This document shows positions 9,637-17,131 of a DNA stretch of 64,000 nucleotides, piece after piece. The DNA lies in the NCBI GenBank assembly GCA_963664705.1, contig OY761556.1:6080001-6144000 (forward strand), in the 5' to 3' direction. The translations under genes and the position numbers were made by a program. A model generated the notes under the pieces. That model did no database searches, was not told where the DNA came from, and was given only the letters and a program-made list of their open reading frames with translations. The DNA comes from Acidobacteriota bacterium (lineage in GTDB: Bacteria; Acidobacteriota; UBA6911). Position 1 is the stretch's first letter, and each line of letters opens with the position of its first letter.

Positions 9637-10298
9637 AACCACGGCTTGACAGACAAACAATTGCGCTGCGCGTTGCAAAAGAGTTCGAGGACGGTGCGGT
9701 GGTAAACCTGGGAGGTGGAATCCCTACTCTTGCGGCGAACTTTGTGCCTGAAGGAAGGACCGTCATCTTCCATGCTGAAAATGGAGCGCTTGGTTTTGGC
9801 GGCGTTCCGCCGGATCCGGAAGACCACAAGGCGTACATGCTGGGAGCGAACGGCCTGCCGTTTTCGGGTTTGCCCGGTATGAGCTTTTTTGATCATGCCG
9901 AGTCCTTTGCCATGATCAGAGGGGGACATATTGACCTCTCCGTATTGGGCGCGCTGCAGGTTTCGGAGAAAGGCGATCTGGCGAACTGGACCTTTCCCGA
10001 ACGAGGCATTGGAAATATCGGGGGGGCGATGGATCTCGCCGCAGGATGCAACCAGATCATCGTGGCCATGGAACATATCACTCCCAAAGGACAGGTCAAA
10101 ATCGTCAGGGAATGCAGCTATCCGTTAACGGCGGAGCGTTGCGTGAAGCTCATCGTGACAGACATCGCGGTCATTCAAATTACTCCGGAAGGATTGGTAC
10201 TCAAGGAGACCGCGCCCGGGTGGACCGCGGAGGATATACAGGCTTGTACAGAGCCAAAGCTGAAGATTGCGCCGGACTTGAAGGAAATTGAATTGTAA
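9633..10298 (+). CDS. 3-oxoacid CoA-transferase subunit B
   Basis: 'VNLGGGIPT', catalytic 'AENG', 'IRGGHIDLSVLGALQVS', 'GGAMDL'. ATGA overlap with subunit A. Confidence 0.92.
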   Translation: MKPRLDRQTIALRVAKEFEDGAVVNLGGGIPTLAANFVPEGRTVIFHAENGALGFGGVPPDPEDHKAYMLGANGLPFSGLPGMSFFDHAESFAMIRGGHIDLSVLGALQVSEKGDLANWTFPERGIGNIGGAMDLAAGCNQIIVAMEHITPKGQVKIVRECSYPLTAERCVKLIVTDIAVIQITPEGLVLKETAPGWTAEDIQACTEPKLKIAPDLKEIEL

Positions 10299-10392
10299 GT
10301 CTGTCGTTACGCACAGCCTTTGGGCATCGCCTTCGTCAAAAGTATGCAGCGCAAATTTAGGACAGCCTCACTTGAGTGGTGGAGGGTTCATA

Positions 10393-11814
10393 ATGACGGG
10401 AATCACTTCGATTGGAGTTTACATTCCAAAATACAGGCTAAATCTGGATGAGGTCGCCAAATTCTGGCGGGTCAAAGGCACTGGCGGGGAAAAGGCCGTC
10501 GCCGGCTATGATGAAGACAGCATTACGATGGCTGTCGCTGCTGCCCGCTATGCCTGCGGTGATGGAGGGGAAGTGGATGGGTTGTATTTCGGCACCACAA
10601 CCAATCCATACAGGGAAAAACAGGGCGCGGCTATCATTGCGAGCGCCATAGATTTAAAGTCCGGAGTCAGAGCTGCGGATTTTGCCAATTCGCTGAGATC
10701 GGGATCGCTGGCAATGCGGTCGGCAATGGATGCGGTAAACAGCGGTTCAGCCCGGAGCATTCTTGTCGTAGCCTCCGATTCCCGCCTGGGAGCGCCGCAG
10801 GGAAGGAATGAACAGCTGCTTGGGGATGGAGCCGCCGCTCTGGTAATAGGCAATGAACAGCCGCTTGCCGAAATAGAAGACTGCTATTCGGTTTCTAATG
10901 ACTTTACCGATGTCTGGCGAGTCTCATCCGATGAATTTGTTCAGTCTGCCGAAGCACGCTTTATTGATGTGGTCGGATTTGGGCCAACAATGCAGGAAGC
11001 CATTGCCGGATTGATGAAAAAGTGCGGGGCCTCTCCCAAGGATTTCTTCCGGGCTGTTTTCCCCGCCTCCGGACTTCGTGAGCATGCGGATTTGGCTAAA
11101 CGCCTCGGATTTGAGAAGGGACAAGCCCAGGATCCTCTATTGAGTTCCATCGGGCACACCGGCGTTGCCGCTCCCTTTGTGGCGCTCGCAGCGGCCATGG
11201 AGCAGGCGGCGCCAGGCGATCGCATACTTTTTGCCTGCTACGGAGATGGATGCGATGTCTTTTCGCTCCGTATGACGGGCAGTATTGCAAAAATGCGGCA
11301 GCGATCTTCGGTCAATGAAGCGCTCACCAGGAAAAGAGTGATCGATTATGGGAAATATCTGAACTGGAAGAACCTCGTTCCCCTGGAAGCGTCCAGTCTC
11401 CCTGCGCGCTCGGAGCCTTCGCTCATTACGCGATGGCGAGACAGAAAACGGGTTGCAGCACTGTATGGGGTTCGATGCAAAGCATGCGGAACGCCACAGC
11501 TTCATCCCATCGGCCAGGCCATTCGGGTCTGCGTCTCGTGCCAGGTCAAAGACAACTTCGAGGAATATCGGTTCTCTGACAAAAAAGGAAAGTTGTTCAG
11601 CTATGCCATCGATCAACTCCAACCGACAAAGAATCCTCCTGGTCTGAATGGCGTGGTTGATTTTGACGAAGGCGGCAGGCTCATCTGTGAATTGACCGAC
11701 TACGATCTTGATACGGTTAAGACCGGCATGCCAGTGGAAATGACATTCCGGAAAATGTCTCAGGGGCAGGGGCTCATCAACTATTTCTGGAAGGCAAAAC
11801 CCATAACAGAGTAG
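10393..11814 (+). CDS. HMG-CoA synthase-like (thiolase-fold) domain fused to DUF35 Zn-ribbon/OB-fold domain
   Basis: N-terminal 'GITSIGVYIPKYRL', 'DEDSITMAVAAA', 'GDGAAA', 'YGDG'. C-terminal CKAC...CVSC and 'TGMPVEMTFRK...YFWKAKP'. GGAGG RBS. Confidence 0.8.
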   Translation: MTGITSIGVYIPKYRLNLDEVAKFWRVKGTGGEKAVAGYDEDSITMAVAAARYACGDGGEVDGLYFGTTTNPYREKQGAAIIASAIDLKSGVRAADFANSLRSGSLAMRSAMDAVNSGSARSILVVASDSRLGAPQGRNEQLLGDGAAALVIGNEQPLAEIEDCYSVSNDFTDVWRVSSDEFVQSAEARFIDVVGFGPTMQEAIAGLMKKCGASPKDFFRAVFPASGLREHADLAKRLGFEKGQAQDPLLSSIGHTGVAAPFVALAAAMEQAAPGDRILFACYGDGCDVFSLRMTGSIAKMRQRSSVNEALTRKRVIDYGKYLNWKNLVPLEASSLPARSEPSLITRWRDRKRVAALYGVRCKACGTPQLHPIGQAIRVCVSCQVKDNFEEYRFSDKKGKLFSYAIDQLQPTKNPPGLNGVVDFDEGGRLICELTDYDLDTVKTGMPVEMTFRKMSQGQGLINYFWKAKPITE

Positions 11815-11867
11815 ATCGGCTGCTCAGGAGCGTCCAAGGACGGCTCCAGATGATGGGGAGGATAGGA

Positions 11868-13061
11868 ATGGAAAATCTGAAGGACAAAATAGCTATCGTG
11901 GGTATGGGTTGCTCGAAGTTCGGAGAGCGCTGGGATGCGGGAGTGGAAGATCTTCTCGTGGAGGCTGCCTTTGAAGCATTTCAGGATGCCGGGATGGGAC
12001 CCACGGAAATTCAGGCTGCCTGGATAGGAACCGTGTTTTCGGGATTGAGTGCCATTACGCTCTCTCCGCTCAATCTGCAGTATATCCCGATTACGAGGGT
12101 GGAGAATATGTGCGCCACCGGTTCGGAAGCGCTTCGGGCGGCGACTTATGCGATCCTTGCGGGAGCCTGCGATATTGCACTGGCAATCGGAGTTGAGAAG
12201 CTGAAGGATGCGGGAACAACAGGTGTCAAAGGCCCCAGTATTGTCGGCGACAATCCGGACGGGACAGCCGGCATTGGCCCGGGCTACAGCGCTCCCGCGT
12301 CGTTTGCCTACATGGCGACCCGCTATTTCAGCCATTACGGTCTGAATCCGGAGGAAGGGAAGAGGTATCTTGCGGAGATTGCGGTGAAGAATCATCACAA
12401 CGGCAGCCTGAATCCTAAAGCCCATTTTAAAAACGAACTCACGGTGGATCAGGTGGTCAAGGCTCCGATCATTGCCTGGCCACTGGGCCTGTTCGACTGT
12501 TGCGGCGTCAGCGATGGGGCTGCTGCTGCAATCCTTACTCGCGCAGACCTTGCCAAGAATTTCCGACCGGATCCGATATATGTGAAAGCCTTAAATATTT
12601 GCGTGGGGGCACGTCAGGGGGCGATGCGTCAGGATTATGATTTCGTTCATATTGAGGAGAACGTGCGCGCTTCCAGAAAATCCTACCAGGAAGCAGGCAT
12701 CAAAGATCCGCGCAAGGAGATCAGCATTGCTGAAGTACACGACTGTTTTACCATTCATGAGATGATCGTTTACGAGGATCTGGGCTTTAGCGCCCGTGGA
12801 CGCGCGGGGGAAGACATCCAAAACGGAATGTTTACTTTGAAAGGAGATCTTCCTGTAAACACGGACGGCGGTCTGAAGTGTTTCGGTCACCCTCTGGGAG
12901 CATCCGGATTGCGAATGATGTATGAGGTCTATAAACAGTTGCAGCAGAAGGCAGGGCCTCGCCAGGTTCGCAACCCCAGGCTTGGGATGACGCATAACCT
13001 CGGAGGGAATGCGGGGACCGGAATCGGCAGCATTTGCATTGTAGGGAATGAAAAGGGATAA
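11868..13061 (+). CDS. Thiolase, SCP2/archaeal-type (acetyl-CoA acetyltransferase-like)
   Basis: 'VENMCATG' (catalytic Cys), 'EVHDCF', 'GHPLGASG', 'HNLGG'. Confidence 0.9.
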   Translation: MENLKDKIAIVGMGCSKFGERWDAGVEDLLVEAAFEAFQDAGMGPTEIQAAWIGTVFSGLSAITLSPLNLQYIPITRVENMCATGSEALRAATYAILAGACDIALAIGVEKLKDAGTTGVKGPSIVGDNPDGTAGIGPGYSAPASFAYMATRYFSHYGLNPEEGKRYLAEIAVKNHHNGSLNPKAHFKNELTVDQVVKAPIIAWPLGLFDCCGVSDGAAAAILTRADLAKNFRPDPIYVKALNICVGARQGAMRQDYDFVHIEENVRASRKSYQEAGIKDPRKEISIAEVHDCFTIHEMIVYEDLGFSARGRAGEDIQNGMFTLKGDLPVNTDGGLKCFGHPLGASGLRMMYEVYKQLQQKAGPRQVRNPRLGMTHNLGGNAGTGIGSICIVGNEKG

Positions 13062-13072
13062 ACGGAGGGACT

Positions 13073-13474
13073 ATGCTGAAGAAGCTGCGGCACATCGGAG
13101 TTATGGTCGAAGATTTCGAAGGAACGATTGAAAAATTCAAGGGGTTCGGTCTCGCCTGCTCCGAGATCAAAGAGGATAAACCGATGGATTTGCAGATAGG
13201 GTTCATGTCTATCGGGGAAACTGCCATAGAAGTGCTGCACCATACAGCGCCGGATAAAGGGAACGTTCCGATGAACCGTATAGTCCGCGGGCAGAAAGGG
13301 GCAATCAACCACCTGTGTTTTGAGGTAGATGATCTCGATGCTTCCATTCGCGATTTCGAAAAGAATGGCGCCCGGCTGATTGAAGGCTGCCCAAGGCCGG
13401 GAGCCCATGGACGAATCGCCTTTTTTTATCCTGAAACCACGGGCGGAGTTCTGATCGAACTCTGCCAGCTGTAG
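13073..13474 (+). CDS. VOC-family protein (methylmalonyl-CoA epimerase-like)
   Basis: 'LRHIGVMV', 'INHLCFEV', 'PRPGAHGRIAFFYP..TGGVLIELCQ'. Confidence 0.8.
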   Translation: MLKKLRHIGVMVEDFEGTIEKFKGFGLACSEIKEDKPMDLQIGFMSIGETAIEVLHHTAPDKGNVPMNRIVRGQKGAINHLCFEVDDLDASIRDFEKNGARLIEGCPRPGAHGRIAFFYPETTGGVLIELCQL

Positions 13475-13488
13475 CCGGCGAGGAGACT

Positions 13489-13884
13489 ATGATTAGGAAA
13501 TTAGATCATGTTGGGCTGGTAGTTAAAAATTCCGCCGAAAGCCTGGAGCTTTTTTCCAGGCTGTTCGGATTCGAAGTGACCGAATGCCGCGAAGAGGCTG
13601 CGGCCGGCTTTAAGTCAACGCTGGTTGCCAAAGGAGAAGTGGTGCTGGAGTTGATCGAGCCTGTCGGGCCTCAGGGGATGATCCAGCGCTACATGGAAAA
13701 GCGCGGCGAGGGGATGCATCACATTTCCATCCAGGTCGAAGATCTGGATGCTGAAATGAAGCGCATGAAAGCGCTGGGTGTGCAATTCTCCAGCGCAGAG
13801 CCGGCGGTAGTGGATGGAACCAGGGTCATATTCGTCCATCCACGGTCGACCAACGGTCTGCTGATTGAGTTGATTCAAAGGTAA
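13489..13884 (+). CDS. VOC-family protein (methylmalonyl-CoA epimerase-like)
   Basis: 'LDHVGLVV', 'LELIEP', 'RGEGMHHISIQV', 'FVHPRSTNGLLIELIQ'. Confidence 0.85.
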   Translation: MIRKLDHVGLVVKNSAESLELFSRLFGFEVTECREEAAAGFKSTLVAKGEVVLELIEPVGPQGMIQRYMEKRGEGMHHISIQVEDLDAEMKRMKALGVQFSSAEPAVVDGTRVIFVHPRSTNGLLIELIQR

Positions 13885-13898
13885 TAGGGCATGCATGC

Positions 13899-13937
13899 CA
13901 CGAATCGCACAACAAATTGATCCTTGTGCGATTCGTG
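13899..13937. terminator. Inverted repeat between convergent genes (likely terminator or REP-like)
   Basis: CACGAATCGCACAA / TTGTGCGATTCGTG, 14-bp perfect stem. Confidence 0.65.
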
Positions 13938-13945
13938 ATGCGCTC

Positions 13946-15091
13946 TTAGATGAAAGAATCCATCAGGTCGGAAATGACCTTTTCAAACTGCCCGGGCCTT
14001 TCCCGTTCAATTCGCTGCCGAATCTGATCCACGTGAGCCCTCAATCCGCTGTTGTCTAGGTCGTCCAACGAATGGTAGAAGCTGCCGCGACGACCCAGAC
14101 GGAAGTTTTCCCGCTCGGATTGATCCAGCGCCAGGTAACGATCGATGGCGGCGAGCATTCCCGGCTTTGCTTCAGGGAAGACGCCATCCAGTTCCTCCAG
14201 AAGATTTAGGATGTGGTCGCTTGCGAAGTGGCTATGTATGCCTTCAAGGCTTTCTATGAGCAGGCGCTCTTCGAGGATGATCTCGTCATCGGTCATCAGT
14301 TCCAGCTCGCCGCTCAGCACTTTCTGATAAAGCGGCATGATTTGAAGCACCTTTAAGGTTCGGACCCGGATGAAGTCCGGATCGATCTGGTTGAGAACCT
14401 TTGCTGTTTCCAGCGCGTGCTCCCGCCACATCGTCCTTCCGCCCAGTCCGGGCATGATGTACTCCGATAGAGAAATGCCCGCTTCCTTGACTTTTCTTCC
14501 GGCATCCACAAGCTCGCCTGCGGTCACTCCCTTTTTTACGAGTGCAAGCAGTCTGTCATAGCCCGACTCAAGCCCTGTATGGATGCGCGAAAGGCCCGCA
14601 TCGCGAAGCTCTTTCATTTCCTCAAGGGTTTTGCGGGCAACGGTCCTGGCGCGCGTATAGGTGGTGATCCGCTCGATCGATGGAAATGTCCTTTTGAGGT
14701 AGGACAGCATTTCCACCAGGTCTTTGGTTTTTAGCGCCAGGTTGTTTGCATCCTGCAGGAAGACGTTTTTTGCCCCTCTGTGCAACCAGAGGATTACGCT
14801 TCGGTACCCTTCGGGAAGAATGTGAGGACGGTGCAGGAGCGAGCTGACCAGCGAGGAATTGACTTCTCCGCCAAATCCTTTATCCCAGGATATCGCCCGT
14901 ATCTCGGACGCCATAGCCTGAATGGTATCAATGTCCTTTTTGACTTCTTCAACGGTACGGGCGCTGAAGCGTTCTCCCTTGTAGATGTGGCAAAACTCAC
15001 AGTTATTCCAGGAGCAGTTTCTTGTAACTCTCAAAAGCAGGCTTTGAGCCTCGCTTGGTGGACGAATTGGGCCTTGTTCAATTTCATTCAT
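13946..15091 (-). CDS. Radical SAM protein, function unknown
   Basis: CxxxCxxC motif 'CSWNNCEFC' and N-terminus 'EQGPIRPPSEAQSLLLRVTRNC'. The ORF extension to 15301 runs through repeats, so the start is placed at 15091. Confidence 0.88.
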   Translation of the reverse strand: MNEIEQGPIRPPSEAQSLLLRVTRNCSWNNCEFCHIYKGERFSARTVEEVKKDIDTIQAMASEIRAISWDKGFGGEVNSSLVSSLLHRPHILPEGYRSVILWLHRGAKNVFLQDANNLALKTKDLVEMLSYLKRTFPSIERITTYTRARTVARKTLEEMKELRDAGLSRIHTGLESGYDRLLALVKKGVTAGELVDAGRKVKEAGISLSEYIMPGLGGRTMWREHALETAKVLNQIDPDFIRVRTLKVLQIMPLYQKVLSGELELMTDDEIILEERLLIESLEGIHSHFASDHILNLLEELDGVFPEAKPGMLAAIDRYLALDQSERENFRLGRRGSFYHSLDDLDNSGLRAHVDQIRQRIERERPGQFEKVISDLMDSFI

Positions 15092-15153
15092 AGTCTTGAA
15101 TTCTAGCAATGATTGGCCGTACTCGAAAAACTCATTTTGAGTAAACGCGTTGC

Positions 15154-15279
15154 ATGCACTTCCTGGGAGGGCCGCCATTCGGGCCAAGCTGCAGGGTATT
15201 TGCAGAATTCCAGATTTCAGATTCCAAATTCCAGACCAGGACCAGGGAGTACTCACTGGGAGGGTCGCCGTCCCGGCTA
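15154..15279 (-). repeat. ~125-bp composite REP-like repeat, copy 1
   Basis: The reverse complement aligns by eye with 28864-28990: two GCC..GGCG..CTCCCA units flanking TCTGGAA/TTTGGAA heptamers. Confidence 0.75.
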
Positions 15280-15451
15280 CCGCCGCATAACAATTGTTCA
15301 CGCCCTGCCGACGCGAGTGAGGCGCCAGGTCCGGAGGGCCGAAAGCAAGTAGACATAATGGAGTGATCGGTCTCTAGCATGTAATATCGTGGGTTACAGC
15401 TGAAGTCGTGGTGACGAAGCTGCAGAGCCATAAAACATGAGGAGACCGATC

Positions 15452-16546
15452 ATGGCAGATTGTATCACTTGGGTAGGGATGGATGATTCAGCAAAAAAGA
15501 TAAACGTCGCAATTTTTCGCGGGCAGGAAAGTAACCCTCGAGAAGAACTTGTTGTATCAAACGACAGTACGGGGCTGGGTCGGTTAGCGAAAAAGCTAAG
15601 GGCATTTGAAGATGATGTACGGTGCGTCTACGAAGCGGGCGTTAATGGATACTATTTGCAGCGCTATTTGGCCAAACATGGGATTTCTTGTGAGGTTGCG
15701 GCCCCTTCGTTGACTCCGAGACGAGCGGGAAAAAAAGTAAAAACGGATAAGCTGGATGCGAAAGCCTTGGGCAAATTGTACCGAGCGGGAGAACTAACAT
15801 GTATTGTGATCCCGCAAAAAGAACAGGAAAGTCTGCGAGATCTGGTGCGTGCGCGAGAAGACGCATTGGAAGACCAGCAGCGAGCACGGCATCGATTAGC
15901 ACGGTTTCTGATGCGACGTGGATTGAAATATCCGCAGGGCAAGAACTGGTCGCTTGGGCACCTAAAGTGGATTAAGAGCCTTGTGTTTGAGGATGATGGG
16001 GATCAAACAGTACTGGAGGAATATCGACAGGCGCTTGAGCAACAGACGGAGCGGTTGAAAACATTCCAGGGAAAAATCGAGGAAGTTGCAAAACAGCCGA
16101 ACTATCAAAAGCGAGTCAGCTATTTGATGGCGCTAAAAGGCGTTCAGGTTCTGACGGCGATGACGATTATCGCAGAAGCGCTCGATTTAAGACGGTTCGT
16201 TGATGCGCCTTCGTTTATGGCCGCTATTGGGGTGGTGCCTTCGGAAAGCAGCTCAGGTGAACTTGAAAGACGGGGAAGGATAACCAAAACGGGAAACAGC
16301 CACCTACGTAGGGTGCTGATCGAAAGCGCCTGGCACTACCGTCATTCTTCAGTAGCTGGCAAAACTCTCAAGAAACGACGAGAGTGTTTGCCGGCAGAAG
16401 TTATCGAGATTGCACAACGTTGCGATAAGCGATTGAATCAAAAATTCCGACGCATGCTCAACCGAGGGAAAGAAAGACAAAAGATCGCGGTTGCGGTAAG
16501 TCGAGAATTGGCAGGATTTATCTGGGCTATCGGTCGTGTTGCATGA
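15452..16546 (+). CDS. IS110-family DEDD recombinase/transposase
   Basis: RuvC-like 'VGMD', 'YEAG', 'KTDKLDA'. C-terminal domain 'GVVPSESSSG...RGRITKTGNSHLRRVLIESAW' with the conserved Ser region. AGGAG RBS precedes ATG 15452. Confidence 0.95.
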   Translation: MADCITWVGMDDSAKKINVAIFRGQESNPREELVVSNDSTGLGRLAKKLRAFEDDVRCVYEAGVNGYYLQRYLAKHGISCEVAAPSLTPRRAGKKVKTDKLDAKALGKLYRAGELTCIVIPQKEQESLRDLVRAREDALEDQQRARHRLARFLMRRGLKYPQGKNWSLGHLKWIKSLVFEDDGDQTVLEEYRQALEQQTERLKTFQGKIEEVAKQPNYQKRVSYLMALKGVQVLTAMTIIAEALDLRRFVDAPSFMAAIGVVPSESSSGELERRGRITKTGNSHLRRVLIESAWHYRHSSVAGKTLKKRRECLPAEVIEIAQRCDKRLNQKFRRMLNRGKERQKIAVAVSRELAGFIWAIGRVA

Positions 16547-16618
16547 CATAAGGCACCAGCTCTTGCAGCTATTTTGTTCTTCAATGGATTAATAACGGAA
16601 ACATTCGGTTAGTGAACG

Positions 16619-16806
16619 GAACAGGAGATCGAGTTCCAGGCTTCGAAAGGAGAAACCTCGACCTGGCTATGTTGGTATGGGAAACCAGAATCCACGGAAG
16701 TAGAGTGAGGCCGCTCCCGATGAATCAGTTGTCATGCGTGCTTATCGACCCGCGAATATCAGATTGATTATCGTCGCTGTTGCCAACTCGATCCCCTGTT
16801 CTTTTT
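16619..16806 (+). ncRNA. Putative bridge/seek RNA of the IS110 element
   Basis: A 17-bp closing stem (16619-16635 with 16785-16801, one mismatch) followed by a U tract. Internal segments match the target (CCTGGCTA, AAGTAG) and the donor junction (ATATCAGA, TGTC). Confidence 0.78.
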
Positions 16807-16894
16807 ACTGGCTGATTTATTTATGAACCGAAGAAAACCAAAATGAACGAACAAGGAACGGATTGATTGTACTTGACCGATCACTCCATATCAG

Positions 16895-16991
16895 CCAGGG
16901 GTGAAGCGCAGCGAACCCCTGGATTGGATTAGACCAGTAACAAGCCCCAGAGGGGCGGCAGAAGGCGCCGATCCTTCACCCCTCCGGGACC
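16895..16991. repeat. REP-like palindromic cluster interrupted by the IS (left part at ~15328-15350)
   Basis: Hairpin CCAGGGG-TGAAGCGCAGCGAA-CCCCTGG, then GCCCCAGAGGGGC. CCTTCACCCCTCCGGGACC is an imperfect inverse of the left-flank GGTCCGGAGGGCCGAAAG. Confidence 0.65.
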
Positions 16992-17131
16992 TTCCGGGGC
17001 TGAGATGCATCCTATTCCCAGATCCCTCGGGCAAATGATATCCAGCATTAGGTGCCCTGCCGGCAAGGGGGCTAGCTGCTTCCGCAATGCTGATGCCGCC
17101 GGGACGCCGGAACTCCCCGTGGATAGCCGAC

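Larger units (their letters stand above)
15351..16894 (+). mobile_element. IS110-family insertion sequence, IS1111-type (subterminal IRs, long 3' non-coding end)
   Basis: IRs ATGGAGTGATCGGTC (15358-15372) and GACCGATCACTCCAT (16875-16889). AG dinucleotide at both ends (15351-15352, 16893-16894). No longer target-site duplication. Single DEDD recombinase. Confidence 0.9.

Noticed and set aside
15092-15301. N-terminal extension of the radical SAM ORF
   Set aside because: It translates the composite repeat (WNLKSGIL...), and the family-like N-terminus begins at 15091.
15340-16905. Classical target-site duplication around the IS
   Set aside because: Only the 2-nt AG core is shared, consistent with IS110-type conservative recombination rather than DDE transposition.
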